From a virus (Duplodnaviria; Caudoviricetes), in IMG/VR virus record IMGVR_UViG_3300037483_000151, positions 1 through 42,747 of that record: DNA of 42,747 nucleotides; one strand, given 5' to 3'. Below the pieces are notes generated by a model. It made no database searches. It was not told the DNA's origin and saw nothing but the letters and a program-made list of their open reading frames with translations. Numbering within the stretch: the stretch's first letter is position 1; the number at the start of each line of letters is the position of its first letter. Both the position numbers and the translations under genes were made by a program. Below are positions 1-7,067 of the stretch, piece after piece.

Positions 1-132
1 GTCGGATGTATTCGCCTGCATCTAGACTCCCTCTGTGCGGCCCTTAGAAGGGGACTGAGCCGCGCTAGTAATTTCCGGGGGGTAATCCTAGCGCGGCTCT
101 CCCCCTGCCTCTGATCCGACCCCATAGAGGCA
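1..132. repeat. Terminal direct repeat (copy 1), probably circular-assembly overlap
   Basis: 1-132 matches 42616-42747 except G127 vs T42742. Confidence 0.95.
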
Positions 133-150
133 GGGGGATAAACCCCCCTT
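1..150 (+). ncRNA. Candidate structured RNA (continues from about 42590 across the junction)
   Basis: Hairpin ACAGAGG..AGTC-GGATGTA-[TTCGCC]-TGCATCT-AGACT..CCTCTGT; hairpin GAGCCGCGCTAG/CTAGCGCGGCTC (about 57-99); hairpin CCCCCTGCCTCT/AGAGGCAGGGGG (about 101-137); no convincing ORF. Confidence 0.55.
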
Positions 151-170
151 ACCAAGAGAAGGAACATTCA

Positions 171-248
171 ATGAAGAGTGAGCCGCTTGTATGTGGCACC
201 TGTGGAGCCCCTAGCTTTCAGGGTTGCCCCTGCCCTAAGAAGTCCTGA
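171..248 (+). CDS. Cys-rich microprotein MKSEPLVCGTCGAPSFQGCPCPKKS (25 aa)
   Basis: GAAGGAA SD upstream; CxxC...CxC; TGATG overlap with next ORF. Confidence 0.6.
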   Translation: MKSEPLVCGTCGAPSFQGCPCPKKS

Positions 249-286
249 TGTGTCAGTTGTGCAGTGAAGGACCGTGCAATAACTAA
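248..286 (+). CDS. 12-aa Cys micro-ORF MCQLCSEGPCNN
   Basis: TGATG-coupled to previous ORF; 3 Cys including CxxC. Confidence 0.35.
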   Translation: MCQLCSEGPCNN

Positions 287-300
287 TGTGAAGGTAAGTC

Positions 301-375
301 ATGCTTGATAAGTGTCTATGCCCAGACCCAATGTGTCCCCTCCACACGTACGGTGGCGGACAGTCAGAAGGTTAA
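301..375 (+). CDS. Cys/His microprotein MLDKCLCPDPMCPLHTYGGGQSEG (24 aa)
   Basis: GAAGG upstream; CxC-x4-C-x2-H. Confidence 0.55.
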   Translation: MLDKCLCPDPMCPLHTYGGGQSEG

Positions 376-378
376 CTA

Positions 379-492
379 GTGTATTGCGGAGCATCGTATA
401 TGCATGACCCACATCCGCACACGGTGAATGGTGTCAGCTATATCTGTAACGGAGGAACACGACAGTATGCCGACTATGTACTGTGGGGCTAA
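379..492 (+). CDS. CHHC microprotein paralogue 1 (MYCGASYMHDPHPHTVNGVSYICNGGTRQYADYVLWG)
   Basis: GTG start after GAAGG; shares YCG-x2-Y-x-H-x2-H-x10-C-x-G with next two ORFs. Confidence 0.65.
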   Translation: MYCGASYMHDPHPHTVNGVSYICNGGTRQYADYVLWG

Positions 493-568
493 CTACTTCC
501 ATGGATCACACAACTATTACAATGGGGGTAGTTATGACTATTGTCCCGGATACATGGCAAGTGAGTAA
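467..568 (+). CDS. CHHC microprotein paralogue 2 (MPTMYCGANYFHGSHNYYNGGSYDYCPGYMASE)
   Basis: GGAGGA SD at 451-456; same motif; TAATG overlap with next ORF. Confidence 0.7.
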   Translation: MPTMYCGANYFHGSHNYYNGGSYDYCPGYMASE

Positions 569-675
569 TGCCAACTACTAGGTATTGTGGCAACTCGTAT
601 AGCCATGGTGGACATACGTATCTACTAGACGGAACTGTTTACCAGTGTCCAGGTTCACCAGAAAGCGCTAACTAA
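568..675 (+). CDS. CHHC microprotein paralogue 3 (MPTTRYCGNSYSHGGHTYLLDGTVYQCPGSPESAN)
   Basis: TAATG-coupled; same motif. Confidence 0.7.
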   Translation: MPTTRYCGNSYSHGGHTYLLDGTVYQCPGSPESAN

Positions 676-680
676 AACTT

Positions 681-792
681 ACTCGTAATGACCCCCGTCT
701 TTAAACGGTCAACGTCATTGCGAGTGAGAGACTCACAGGGGAACAATCATTGATTGCGTGCCAGGACCATAAGGTCTTGCCTCTGTGAGTCT
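681..792 (+). ncRNA. Two long hairpins directly 5' of tRNA-Asp
   Basis: ACTCGTAATGAC/GTCATTGCGAGT (681-725) and AGACTCACAGGGG/CCTCTGTGAGTCT (729-792); mismatches are G-U compatible on the + strand. Confidence 0.55.
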
Positions 793-794
793 TT

Positions 795-868
795 GGCTGT
801 GTAGCTTAGTGGTCTAAAGCACTGTCTTGTCACGGCAGATATCAGGGGTTCGAATCCCCTCACAGTCG
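795..868 (+). tRNA. trnD: tRNA-Asp (GTC), CCA not encoded
   Basis: Acceptor GGCTGTG/CACAGTC; D arm GCTT..AAGC; anticodon arm CTGTC-TTGTCAC-GGCAG; T arm AGGGG-TTCGAAT-CCCCT; discriminator G. Confidence 0.88.
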
Positions 869-871
869 CGC

Positions 872-918
872 ACTAGGTAAGGGCATTCACTTCCCCGAGC
901 CCGATGCCCTTACCTAGT
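872..918 (+). other. Perfect 15-bp hairpin immediately 3' of tRNA-Asp
   Basis: ACTAGGTAAGGGCAT (872-886)/ATGCCCTTACCTAGT (904-918); no U-tract. Confidence 0.7.
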
Positions 919-949
919 TGCATCACAATTCACAACAGAAAGATTCCCA

Positions 950-1045
950 ATGGCTAAGCACACTCATAACACACATGGCAATTGTTCGTGCGGTGCAAGT
1001 TACTGTACTGAATGTGGTCATACATGTGATGTGAGCGGTCGCTAA
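950..1045 (+). CDS. His/Cys-rich microprotein MAKHTHNTHGNCSCGASYCTECGHTCDVSGR
   Basis: AGAAAG SD; 5 Cys and 4 His in 31 aa. Confidence 0.6.
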   Translation: MAKHTHNTHGNCSCGASYCTECGHTCDVSGR

Positions 1046-1051
1046 TGAGTT

Positions 1052-1151
1052 CCTACCCTGGGTGATCTACCTCAGTACGTGAACGTCCTTTAGGAGTTAT
1101 TCGCCTTTCGCCTAAAGAGACGAGCGGAATAAAGTGACCACCCAGGGTAGG
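1052..1151 (+). ncRNA. Candidate sRNA with ATTCGCCTTTCG loop
   Basis: Closing stem CCTACCCTGGGTG/CACCCAGGGTAGG; inner stem CGTCCTTTAGG/CCTAAAGAGACG enclosing AGTTATTCGCCTTTCG. Confidence 0.55.
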
Positions 1152-1229
1152 TCACTGCAGGTTGGGAAGCTAATCATCGTAGTTGCCTGGGATTAGCCAC
1201 GCGGATTATGTTAAGGATGAGATTCGCAT

Positions 1230-1310
1230 ATGTGTGTACCCGCTGATGAGAAATGTAAGAAGTGCGGGACTACATGGTGTTCAAAGCACGAAACGCATAG
1301 CTGCGCTTAA
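1230..1310 (+). CDS. Cys/His microprotein MCVPADEKCKKCGTTWCSKHETHSCA
   Basis: AAGGA upstream; C-x2-C-x4-C-x2-H-x2-H-x-C, reminiscent of the C-terminal half of an AN1 zinc finger. Confidence 0.6.
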   Translation: MCVPADEKCKKCGTTWCSKHETHSCA

Positions 1311-1318
1311 GGAACTAA

Positions 1319-1441
1319 TTGCTGACTAAAGTAGTTATGTGCTATCTCGTGGATGGGAAGCTTGTCACGCGAGTGCATGTCATAGAAGAAAGCGACGTTC
1401 CCCAAATGGAGAACCTGCTTAAGGACTTGTCTGTTCTGTAA
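1319..1441 (+). CDS. Hypothetical 40-aa protein (MLTKVVMCYLVDGK...)
   Basis: AAGGA SD, TTG start (alternative ATG at 1337); fills the gap. Confidence 0.5.
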   Translation: MLTKVVMCYLVDGKLVTRVHVIEESDVPQMENLLKDLSVL

Positions 1442-1451
1442 GGAGGGGATT

Positions 1452-1508
1452 ATGGGAGATCTTTGTCCACACGGCATTCCTTGGAACTACCCTTGTGATG
1501 AGTGTTAA
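1452..1508 (+). CDS. 18-aa Cys/His microprotein MGDLCPHGIPWNYPCDEC
   Basis: Strong AGGAGG SD; abuts the polymerase start; same CPHG[IV]P-x4-C-x2-C motif as 38311-38400. Confidence 0.6.
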   Translation: MGDLCPHGIPWNYPCDEC

Positions 1509-3260
1509 TTGAAGACAGAAGCTGAGTACCTAGCTGACATTGGGAACATGCGACGTGCTTATAAAGGCGTAGTAGTACTAGACATTGAAGGTGACACGAG
1601 AGATGTCAGGGCAGATCCCAACTCACTCACACTCGGACTGTCCTACTCTTACAGACTTGATTCGCGAGATGGCACTAGAACTAGCGGTTATCTCCCCTTC
1701 AACCATGCCAATGGAAATCTTCCGAAGTCTTATTTGCAGATCATGCGGGAAACCCTACTCAATAAGGGTAACCCTCTCCATGTCATCCACCACAACGCTA
1801 AGTATGACTTGGTCGGTCTCAAGAATGATCTCGGAATAAACCTATTGGATACACCGTTCTTTTGCACCCTGCTTATGGGGCATTTCGTCAATGAGAACAT
1901 GCCTGATAAGGGCCTTGACGCTATGTCCCGTAGGTATGGGGGTTTGCCTAAGAACAAGACAGAGGTATTCGGTAAGATCTCTAAGTCGTTTGGTTGGGAG
2001 TACATCCCAATTGACATGATGTCTGAGTACTCCACTAATGACTCTGAGATCACAGAAGACTTGTTCTGGAAGCTACTACCCGACTTCAATGCACAAGGCT
2101 TTCAAGAACTCTGGGAAGTTGAACGGGACTGGATACGCTTTCTAATTAAAGTCGAATCAGTCGGTATCAGTATTGATGAAGAACTCTGCGAGTCAGAGAT
2201 CAAAGTTGGTACTGAGGAAATGCATAAGGTGTCGGAAGAGGTAGGGGGAAACCCCGCCTCTCCTAAGTTCCTTACTCAACTTCTTACCTCCCTGGGTATC
2301 CCGCTAAAGAAGACTAAAAACGGTAACCCTTCCTTCAACAAAGAAGCATTTAAAGAATACGAGATCGCACTAGAAGCTCAACAGAATCCCTTGGCGAAAC
2401 TAGTTCTTAAGTTCAGGGGATGGCAAAAGACAGTCAGCACTAATTACATGGCTTACCTCAGGCTACGTAATCCCGATGGCTTTCTTAGACCGAACTATAA
2501 GATTCACGGTACGGTCACTAGTCGTCTCTCTTGCGAAGATCCGAACCTACAGAACATTCCTCGCATCAGTGAACACAGATGGAACGGAAAGCTTAAGCGG
2601 GCTTTTGTAGCGCGTCCTGGGTACACACTTTGGGAAGCTGACTACTCCAATCTAGAATTGCGTATGGCAGCCGTCTACTCGAATGACGAGACCCTGCTAA
2701 CAACGTTCCTGCTAGGGCTTAAGCCGTTTGATGTTATGGCTCAAAAGCTTGGTTGGCTTAGGCATGACTGTAAGACTTTTACTTACACCGTTCTTTATGG
2801 TGGGGGAGATAATAGGGTCGCTACGGTTTTCCGTACTGGCATGGCACGCGCTAAGCAGATGCGTAAAGAATTCTTTGCTGCCTACCCAGGGTTGCAGGCA
2901 TTCAATAAGGAAGCTACTCACAGAGCAGAGACACGCGGCTATGTGAAGTTGTGGACTGGACGCAAGCGGCATTTCGAGTACCCGGAAAGAGAAGGGTACA
3001 AAGCAATGAACAGCATCTTTCAAGGCGGGGGTGCTGAGATTGTCAAGCGCAAGGGAATTGAACTAGGCAAAGCTATTGACTGGGATGAATGCAAAGTCCT
3101 ACTACAGATCCACGATTCGTATGTGTTTGAAATTAAGAACGGCACAGAGGGCTATTGGCATCCAAAGATTCAGAGCATTATGGAATCCGTTGGGGACCTT
3201 AGTCCGTTCTTCAACAAAATCCCATTCCCGGTAAGCATTAAAAAGTGGGGTGAAGAGTAA
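1509..3260 (+). CDS. polA: Family A DNA polymerase with 3'-5' exonuclease, no 5'-3' exonuclease
   Basis: ExoI LDIE, ExoII HNAKYD, TSRLSCEDPNLQNIP, motif A DYSNLELR, motif B R-x3-KTFTY-x3-YG, motif C QIHDS. Confidence 0.95.
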   Translation: MKTEAEYLADIGNMRRAYKGVVVLDIEGDTRDVRADPNSLTLGLSYSYRLDSRDGTRTSGYLPFNHANGNLPKSYLQIMRETLLNKGNPLHVIHHNAKYDLVGLKNDLGINLLDTPFFCTLLMGHFVNENMPDKGLDAMSRRYGGLPKNKTEVFGKISKSFGWEYIPIDMMSEYSTNDSEITEDLFWKLLPDFNAQGFQELWEVERDWIRFLIKVESVGISIDEELCESEIKVGTEEMHKVSEEVGGNPASPKFLTQLLTSLGIPLKKTKNGNPSFNKEAFKEYEIALEAQQNPLAKLVLKFRGWQKTVSTNYMAYLRLRNPDGFLRPNYKIHGTVTSRLSCEDPNLQNIPRISEHRWNGKLKRAFVARPGYTLWEADYSNLELRMAAVYSNDETLLTTFLLGLKPFDVMAQKLGWLRHDCKTFTYTVLYGGGDNRVATVFRTGMARAKQMRKEFFAAYPGLQAFNKEATHRAETRGYVKLWTGRKRHFEYPEREGYKAMNSIFQGGGAEIVKRKGIELGKAIDWDECKVLLQIHDSYVFEIKNGTEGYWHPKIQSIMESVGDLSPFFNKIPFPVSIKKWGEE

Positions 3261-3673
3261 TGAAGCGTTGTAGCAAATGTGGGGAGGTTAAACCCCTAGA
3301 AGATTTTCATGTTAAAAGAATTGCAGAGGATGGCCGTCAAGTAAAATGCAAAGACTGTAGCAGAGTCATTGCTAAAGAACGCTACGCAACTAAACTCAGA
3401 TTTAACACAACAGACGAGAAAAGAAGTAGACATCTAAAGACTAAATACAGACTAACTCTAGATGACTACAATGCTCTACTTATTAGACAGGGCTATGTAT
3501 GCGCCATTTGTGGACAGGATGACAACGGCAGAGAACTATCTGTAGACCATTGCCATTCAACTAATAAGGTACGTGGGCTATTGTGCCACAATTGTAACGT
3601 GGGCATTGGTCATTTTAAAGATAATCAAAATCTGCTACTACTAGCTATTGACTATCTAAGGAAGTATGAATAA
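3260..3673 (+). CDS. Endonuclease VII family protein with N-terminal Zn-binding domain
   Basis: KRCSKCGEVK...CKDC; CAIC...VDHCH...VRGLLCHNCNVGIG. Confidence 0.9.
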   Translation: MKRCSKCGEVKPLEDFHVKRIAEDGRQVKCKDCSRVIAKERYATKLRFNTTDEKRSRHLKTKYRLTLDDYNALLIRQGYVCAICGQDDNGRELSVDHCHSTNKVRGLLCHNCNVGIGHFKDNQNLLLLAIDYLRKYE

Positions 3674-4008
3674 TGACAGCTGCGCTGAAAATTGTCGCAG
3701 ATGAGTCCTGGCATACTCTTTATCTCATCAGTGTTTACAATACTGATGACGTACTCACCCAGGGTAAATGGTCCGCATTCCAACAGGATATCAAGCGAAT
3801 TCTAGTAAGTGAGGATTCAGTTCTCATTCACGGATTGTGGTATACGTCACCAGCGCTTGACTACCAAAGCATGTGTATCGGATTTAACCTGACTGGTGAA
3901 TTCCCAGAGATGACAGTACGTGTCCTTAAAGGATGTCTTAAAGGATTGTCGGAGGAATACCCCGGTTGTACGATTCAATGGGCAGTGGCGACGGTAGATT
4001 ACATCTAG
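3673..4008 (+). CDS. Hypothetical protein
   Basis: TAATG-coupled 111-aa ORF. Confidence 0.7.
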   Translation: MTAALKIVADESWHTLYLISVYNTDDVLTQGKWSAFQQDIKRILVSEDSVLIHGLWYTSPALDYQSMCIGFNLTGEFPEMTVRVLKGCLKGLSEEYPGCTIQWAVATVDYI

Positions 4009-4020
4009 CATCGGAGTGAC

Positions 4021-4377
4021 ATGTCTAGTACGCAGCAACTTAACCATTACTGGACGCTTTACGAACACCACTGCAAGCGCGGAACATGTGTGATGTGTGA
4101 ATGGGACTCCTTTGCTAACCCGACATTCTTTATGTGCGCATACGGTAAGACGCTAGTCAAGATGTATAACAAGACACTAGACAAGGTGTGGAATGGAAGA
4201 ACCTATTACACCTCGGGGACATTCCCGCTGGGTGACTTCTGGGCATCGGATACAGACGGACGCCAACTATCATCTCGCATTCGATCCTGGCGAGAGAACG
4301 GGATGGGCGTCATTCGATCAATCAGGAGGGCTTACCGGATCTGGCATCATTCAAAACGGTCTATATGGAGTAAGTGA
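4021..4377 (+). CDS. Hypothetical Cys/His protein (3' half overlaps the RuvC-like gene)
   Basis: GGAG SD; HHC-x4-C-x2-C...C. Confidence 0.5.
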   Translation: MSSTQQLNHYWTLYEHHCKRGTCVMCEWDSFANPTFFMCAYGKTLVKMYNKTLDKVWNGRTYYTSGTFPLGDFWASDTDGRQLSSRIRSWRENGMGVIRSIRRAYRIWHHSKRSIWSK

Positions 4378-4681
4378 CTTTCTCTGTGGTCTACGTAATC
4401 CACCAAAGGTAGTCGTTACAGAGACGTACCGAATTAAGAACTTCCAACACGAACACAACATGTCTAAGGTTCCAACGATTCGCGTTCTCGGAGTTCTAGA
4501 ACAGTACGCATACATGACTGGCGCTAAGTGGCATGAACAGGAGTCAAGTGTCTACAAGACCGGAATGCGCTGGGCAAATATCCCTGTTCTCGCTAAAGGA
4601 CATACCCCTGATGATCAATCCGCAATTGGGCATGGAGTGTACTGGCTCCACAGAAACGGACTCTGGGAAATTGAACTCTGA
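4193..4681 (+). CDS. RuvC-like Holliday junction resolvase (RNase H fold)
   Basis: LAFDPGERTGWA first strand, VVTE acidic residue, C-terminal DDQSA. Confidence 0.75.
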   Translation: MEEPITPRGHSRWVTSGHRIQTDANYHLAFDPGERTGWASFDQSGGLTGSGIIQNGLYGVSDFLCGLRNPPKVVVTETYRIKNFQHEHNMSKVPTIRVLGVLEQYAYMTGAKWHEQESSVYKTGMRWANIPVLAKGHTPDDQSAIGHGVYWLHRNGLWEIEL

Positions 4682-4751
4682 ATACTGGGTAGGGGATTCG
4701 AGTCTGCCTGAACACTGCGGTTACTGGCCAACTGATAAGCCTTAAAGAATA

Positions 4752-5264
4752 GTGAGTCTCGTCTTAATGTTTTCTCCCTGGGTGATGGAAGAGATTCGAT
4801 CGCATCCCTATCGAATGTGGTTGATACAGGCAGTAAGTCTACTAGCCTTCACTCTCATTCTAGTTTTCCGAATGCCCGCACATGAGTACACAATTAACGT
4901 CTACCCGACTAAGTCACCCAGGGTGGAAGCATCAGCGAATACCAACGCAGTAGAGAGTAAGGGGATAGCAGTGAGTAAGCCGGATAGCGTGAGGCCGTCA
5001 AGAGCCCCGAGAGACACGGCACCCGACCCCCTTCCAACGAGACCCGGATCGTCTGCGCGCCCGTCTCCGTCCCCCACAGAGCCGTCTGAGCCGTCCCCCG
5101 GTCCGAGCGTGCCCAGCGATCCCCCGTCTGAGCCGCCTGTTGATCATGGCCCGCCCTCCGTACCTCCCACTACTCCTATTGAGGATAAGAAGCCTCAAAC
5201 AGTAGACATCAGAGAAGCAAACGAATTCGGTACTAGAAGCCCCAAACCAGAACGCAATAAGTGA
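4752..5264 (+). CDS. Membrane-anchored Pro/Ser-rich protein
   Basis: Hydrophobic segment WLIQAVSLLAFTLILVF followed by PSEP repeats; start uncertain. Confidence 0.6.
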   Translation: MSLVLMFSPWVMEEIRSHPYRMWLIQAVSLLAFTLILVFRMPAHEYTINVYPTKSPRVEASANTNAVESKGIAVSKPDSVRPSRAPRDTAPDPLPTRPGSSARPSPSPTEPSEPSPGPSVPSDPPSEPPVDHGPPSVPPTTPIEDKKPQTVDIREANEFGTRSPKPERNK

Positions 5265-5270
5265 GCGGCT

Positions 5271-5609
5271 ATGCCAAGTGAAGGGGCACGGGAACAAACT
5301 AAATATGCGCCTATCCGTTCGGAGAGAACCGAGTGGATGCTAAGAGCCGCGTGTAGGGGCGTTCCAATGGAAGACGGCTATTCAATCTTCTTTCCAAAGA
5401 TTGTGAAGTCAGCAGGACGGCCACCGAAAGGGCATCATGAAGCGCCGAATGCAGAATTTTATGAAGAGGCTATTGAGATCTGTTCTCGATGCCCTGTCAT
5501 CAATGAATGCCGCATCGAATTCTCACGTGATCCGATTCCACGGGATGGCATGTATTTCGGTAAGACGCCATCACAACGAGCACGAATGAAGAACAGACAT
5601 GCTAACTAA
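5271..5609 (+). CDS. whiB: WhiB-family Fe-S transcription factor
   Basis: W-x3-AAC...FFP...A-x2-ICSRCPV-x2-EC...GMYFG-x-T-x2-QR (variant of the G[IV]WGG turn). Confidence 0.85.
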   Translation: MPSEGAREQTKYAPIRSERTEWMLRAACRGVPMEDGYSIFFPKIVKSAGRPPKGHHEAPNAEFYEEAIEICSRCPVINECRIEFSRDPIPRDGMYFGKTPSQRARMKNRHAN

Positions 5610-6009
5610 GACTGATAAAGCACTTATAGCCCTTACCGTACTCATTTGCCTATGGGGAATCCTGTCTCTAGCCGGATGCGCTAAGCCACCCAGGGAGAAT
5701 GAAGACACACTAAGTAATGCACACGTCGCACAAGTTGAAGCCGAATCACAATTGAGAAACGCTAAGCGACTCTATGCCGGGGGAGTCCGAATAGTCCCTA
5801 GCCAAATGAAGCCGGGTACTTACTTCTCTAGGACTCCCAAAGATGTGTTCCTTTGTTACTGGGCAAGGCTCAGAGATACAGAGGCTAAGTACAACAGCAT
5901 CATTGCTAACGGGTTTCAGAAACCAGGCAGGATCGTATACGTCACAATTCAGACTGATGACTACGCATTTGAGTCTAGAAGTTGTGGCAAATGGACTGAG
6001 GTTAAATAA
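5599..6009 (+). CDS. Lipoprotein
   Basis: Signal peptide with LAGC lipobox; PGTY...CYWARL...IIAN...FES-x2-CG-x-W domain common in actinobacterial lipoproteins. Confidence 0.75.
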   Translation: MLTKTDKALIALTVLICLWGILSLAGCAKPPRENEDTLSNAHVAQVEAESQLRNAKRLYAGGVRIVPSQMKPGTYFSRTPKDVFLCYWARLRDTEAKYNSIIANGFQKPGRIVYVTIQTDDYAFESRSCGKWTEVK

Positions 6010-6125
6010 TGTATTGGTCACGCGGTGAGATCATCCGTGGTATTGTTGTTCTAGTCGCAATCGTTGCGGCTAGTGCCTCTGTACTAGTGGCACTGATCCT
6101 TACACTGAAAGGCGAGATTCTCTAG
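6009..6125 (+). CDS. 38-aa single-pass membrane protein
   Basis: TAATG-coupled; MYWSRGEIIRGIVVLVAIVAASASVLVALILTLKGEIL. Confidence 0.6.
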   Translation: MYWSRGEIIRGIVVLVAIVAASASVLVALILTLKGEIL

Positions 6126-6229
6126 TGGCAAAAGAACAGAAAGCATGTAAGTGGTGCGGGCACATCATCTGCACCTTTGAATGGTGCGGCTGCACCTTCT
6201 GCAAGCGCTGGGATCAGCACCCCAAGTAA
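6125..6229 (+). CDS. Cys-rich microprotein MAKEQKACKWCGHIICTFEWCGCTFCKRWDQHPK
   Basis: GAAAGGCGA motif upstream; TAGTG overlap; 6 Cys; ends at terminator. Confidence 0.6.
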   Translation: MAKEQKACKWCGHIICTFEWCGCTFCKRWDQHPK

Positions 6230-6233
6230 ATAG

Positions 6234-6269
6234 AAAAGCCCCCGTACCTTATTGGTACGGGGGCTTTTT
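6234..6269. terminator. Bidirectional intrinsic terminator between the convergent arms
   Basis: AAAAGCCCCCGTACC-TTATT-GGTACGGGGGCTTTTT. Confidence 0.9.
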
Positions 6270-6278
6270 GCTGCCCTC

Positions 6279-7067
6279 TTATACAGGCGGCTGATTGAGC
6301 TTCTCAAGAATCTCCACTAGCAGAGCTTTGTTCTCTGCATTCTCCTTACGGAGATCCTTGAATTCCTGCCAGAATTCTTTCATCGCATTCGATGGATACC
6401 AGTTCGGATTCGTACCCGACGGATTGCCATCTAGCGCCGGTAGTCTGTCCTGCTTCCACACAGCATCAAACAGTTGAGCTGCATTCATGTCGTTACTCTC
6501 CCCTGCTAGGCGTCTTGCGATTTCCGGAATGACTTCTGTCTTGTATTGAATAAGCCGCACGCTACCCGGACATGCGTGAGCATTCTGATTCCACGCGGTG
6601 AATTGCGAGTGATAGCCGAATCCGCTTTCTTCTGGGGAATTGACTAGCCTCGCAGGTCTACCCGTTTGCTTACACCACCACACACCCAGGGAGATGATTG
6701 ATTCCATCTGCTTAGGCGACCAACGCACATTAATCTTTGCGCCGTCGGAAGTCTCTACAGAAGTCGCGTAGGCATTACCGGCAAACTGTGCATCCGCTTG
6801 ACGATTGAGTAGCTGCCATTGAATGACTGCGCCATCCAAATCGGGACGATCGTAGTTACCGCCGATACCGAAATGGGATTCAGTACCCCCATAGCCGTTA
6901 GCTCGGAAGAAAGCATCAGTGCCCATGAGGTAGCCGGACATTGTATGAATAATAAATACCCTGGGTGTCCCAATCTCAGGCTCATCAGTAGGGGTACCTA
7001 GTGGACGCCATGCCGCCTTACTGTAACGAGTCTCCATGGTAATGCCCGCCATTCGCGATGTGGTCAT
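6279..7067 (-). CDS. Endolysin, N-acetylmuramoyl-L-alanine amidase (Amidase_2-like); start may be about 7037
   Basis: IIHT, SHFGIG, SVET, GYH...ACPG Zn-amidase motifs; located after tail genes. Confidence 0.85.
   Translation of the reverse strand: MTTSRMAGITMETRYSKAAWRPLGTPTDEPEIGTPRVFIIHTMSGYLMGTDAFFRANGYGGTESHFGIGGNYDRPDLDGAVIQWQLLNRQADAQFAGNAYATSVETSDGAKINVRWSPKQMESIISLGVWWCKQTGRPARLVNSPEESGFGYHSQFTAWNQNAHACPGSVRLIQYKTEVIPEIARRLAGESNDMNAAQLFDAVWKQDRLPALDGNPSGTNPNWYPSNAMKEFWQEFKDLRKENAENKALLVEILEKLNQPPV

Noticed and set aside
171-675. Micro-ORFs as RiPP precursor peptides
   Set aside because: No radical SAM, YcaO, lanthipeptide or other maturase gene in the genome and no shared leader; ligand spacing fits metal binding better
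795-868. tRNA as attP or sign of integration
   Set aside because: No tyrosine or serine integrase and no host-like flanking genes in the window
3260-3673. EndoVII gene as an intron-encoded homing endonuclease splitting polA
   Set aside because: The polymerase is complete through motif C before its stop; the nuclease is a free-standing coupled gene
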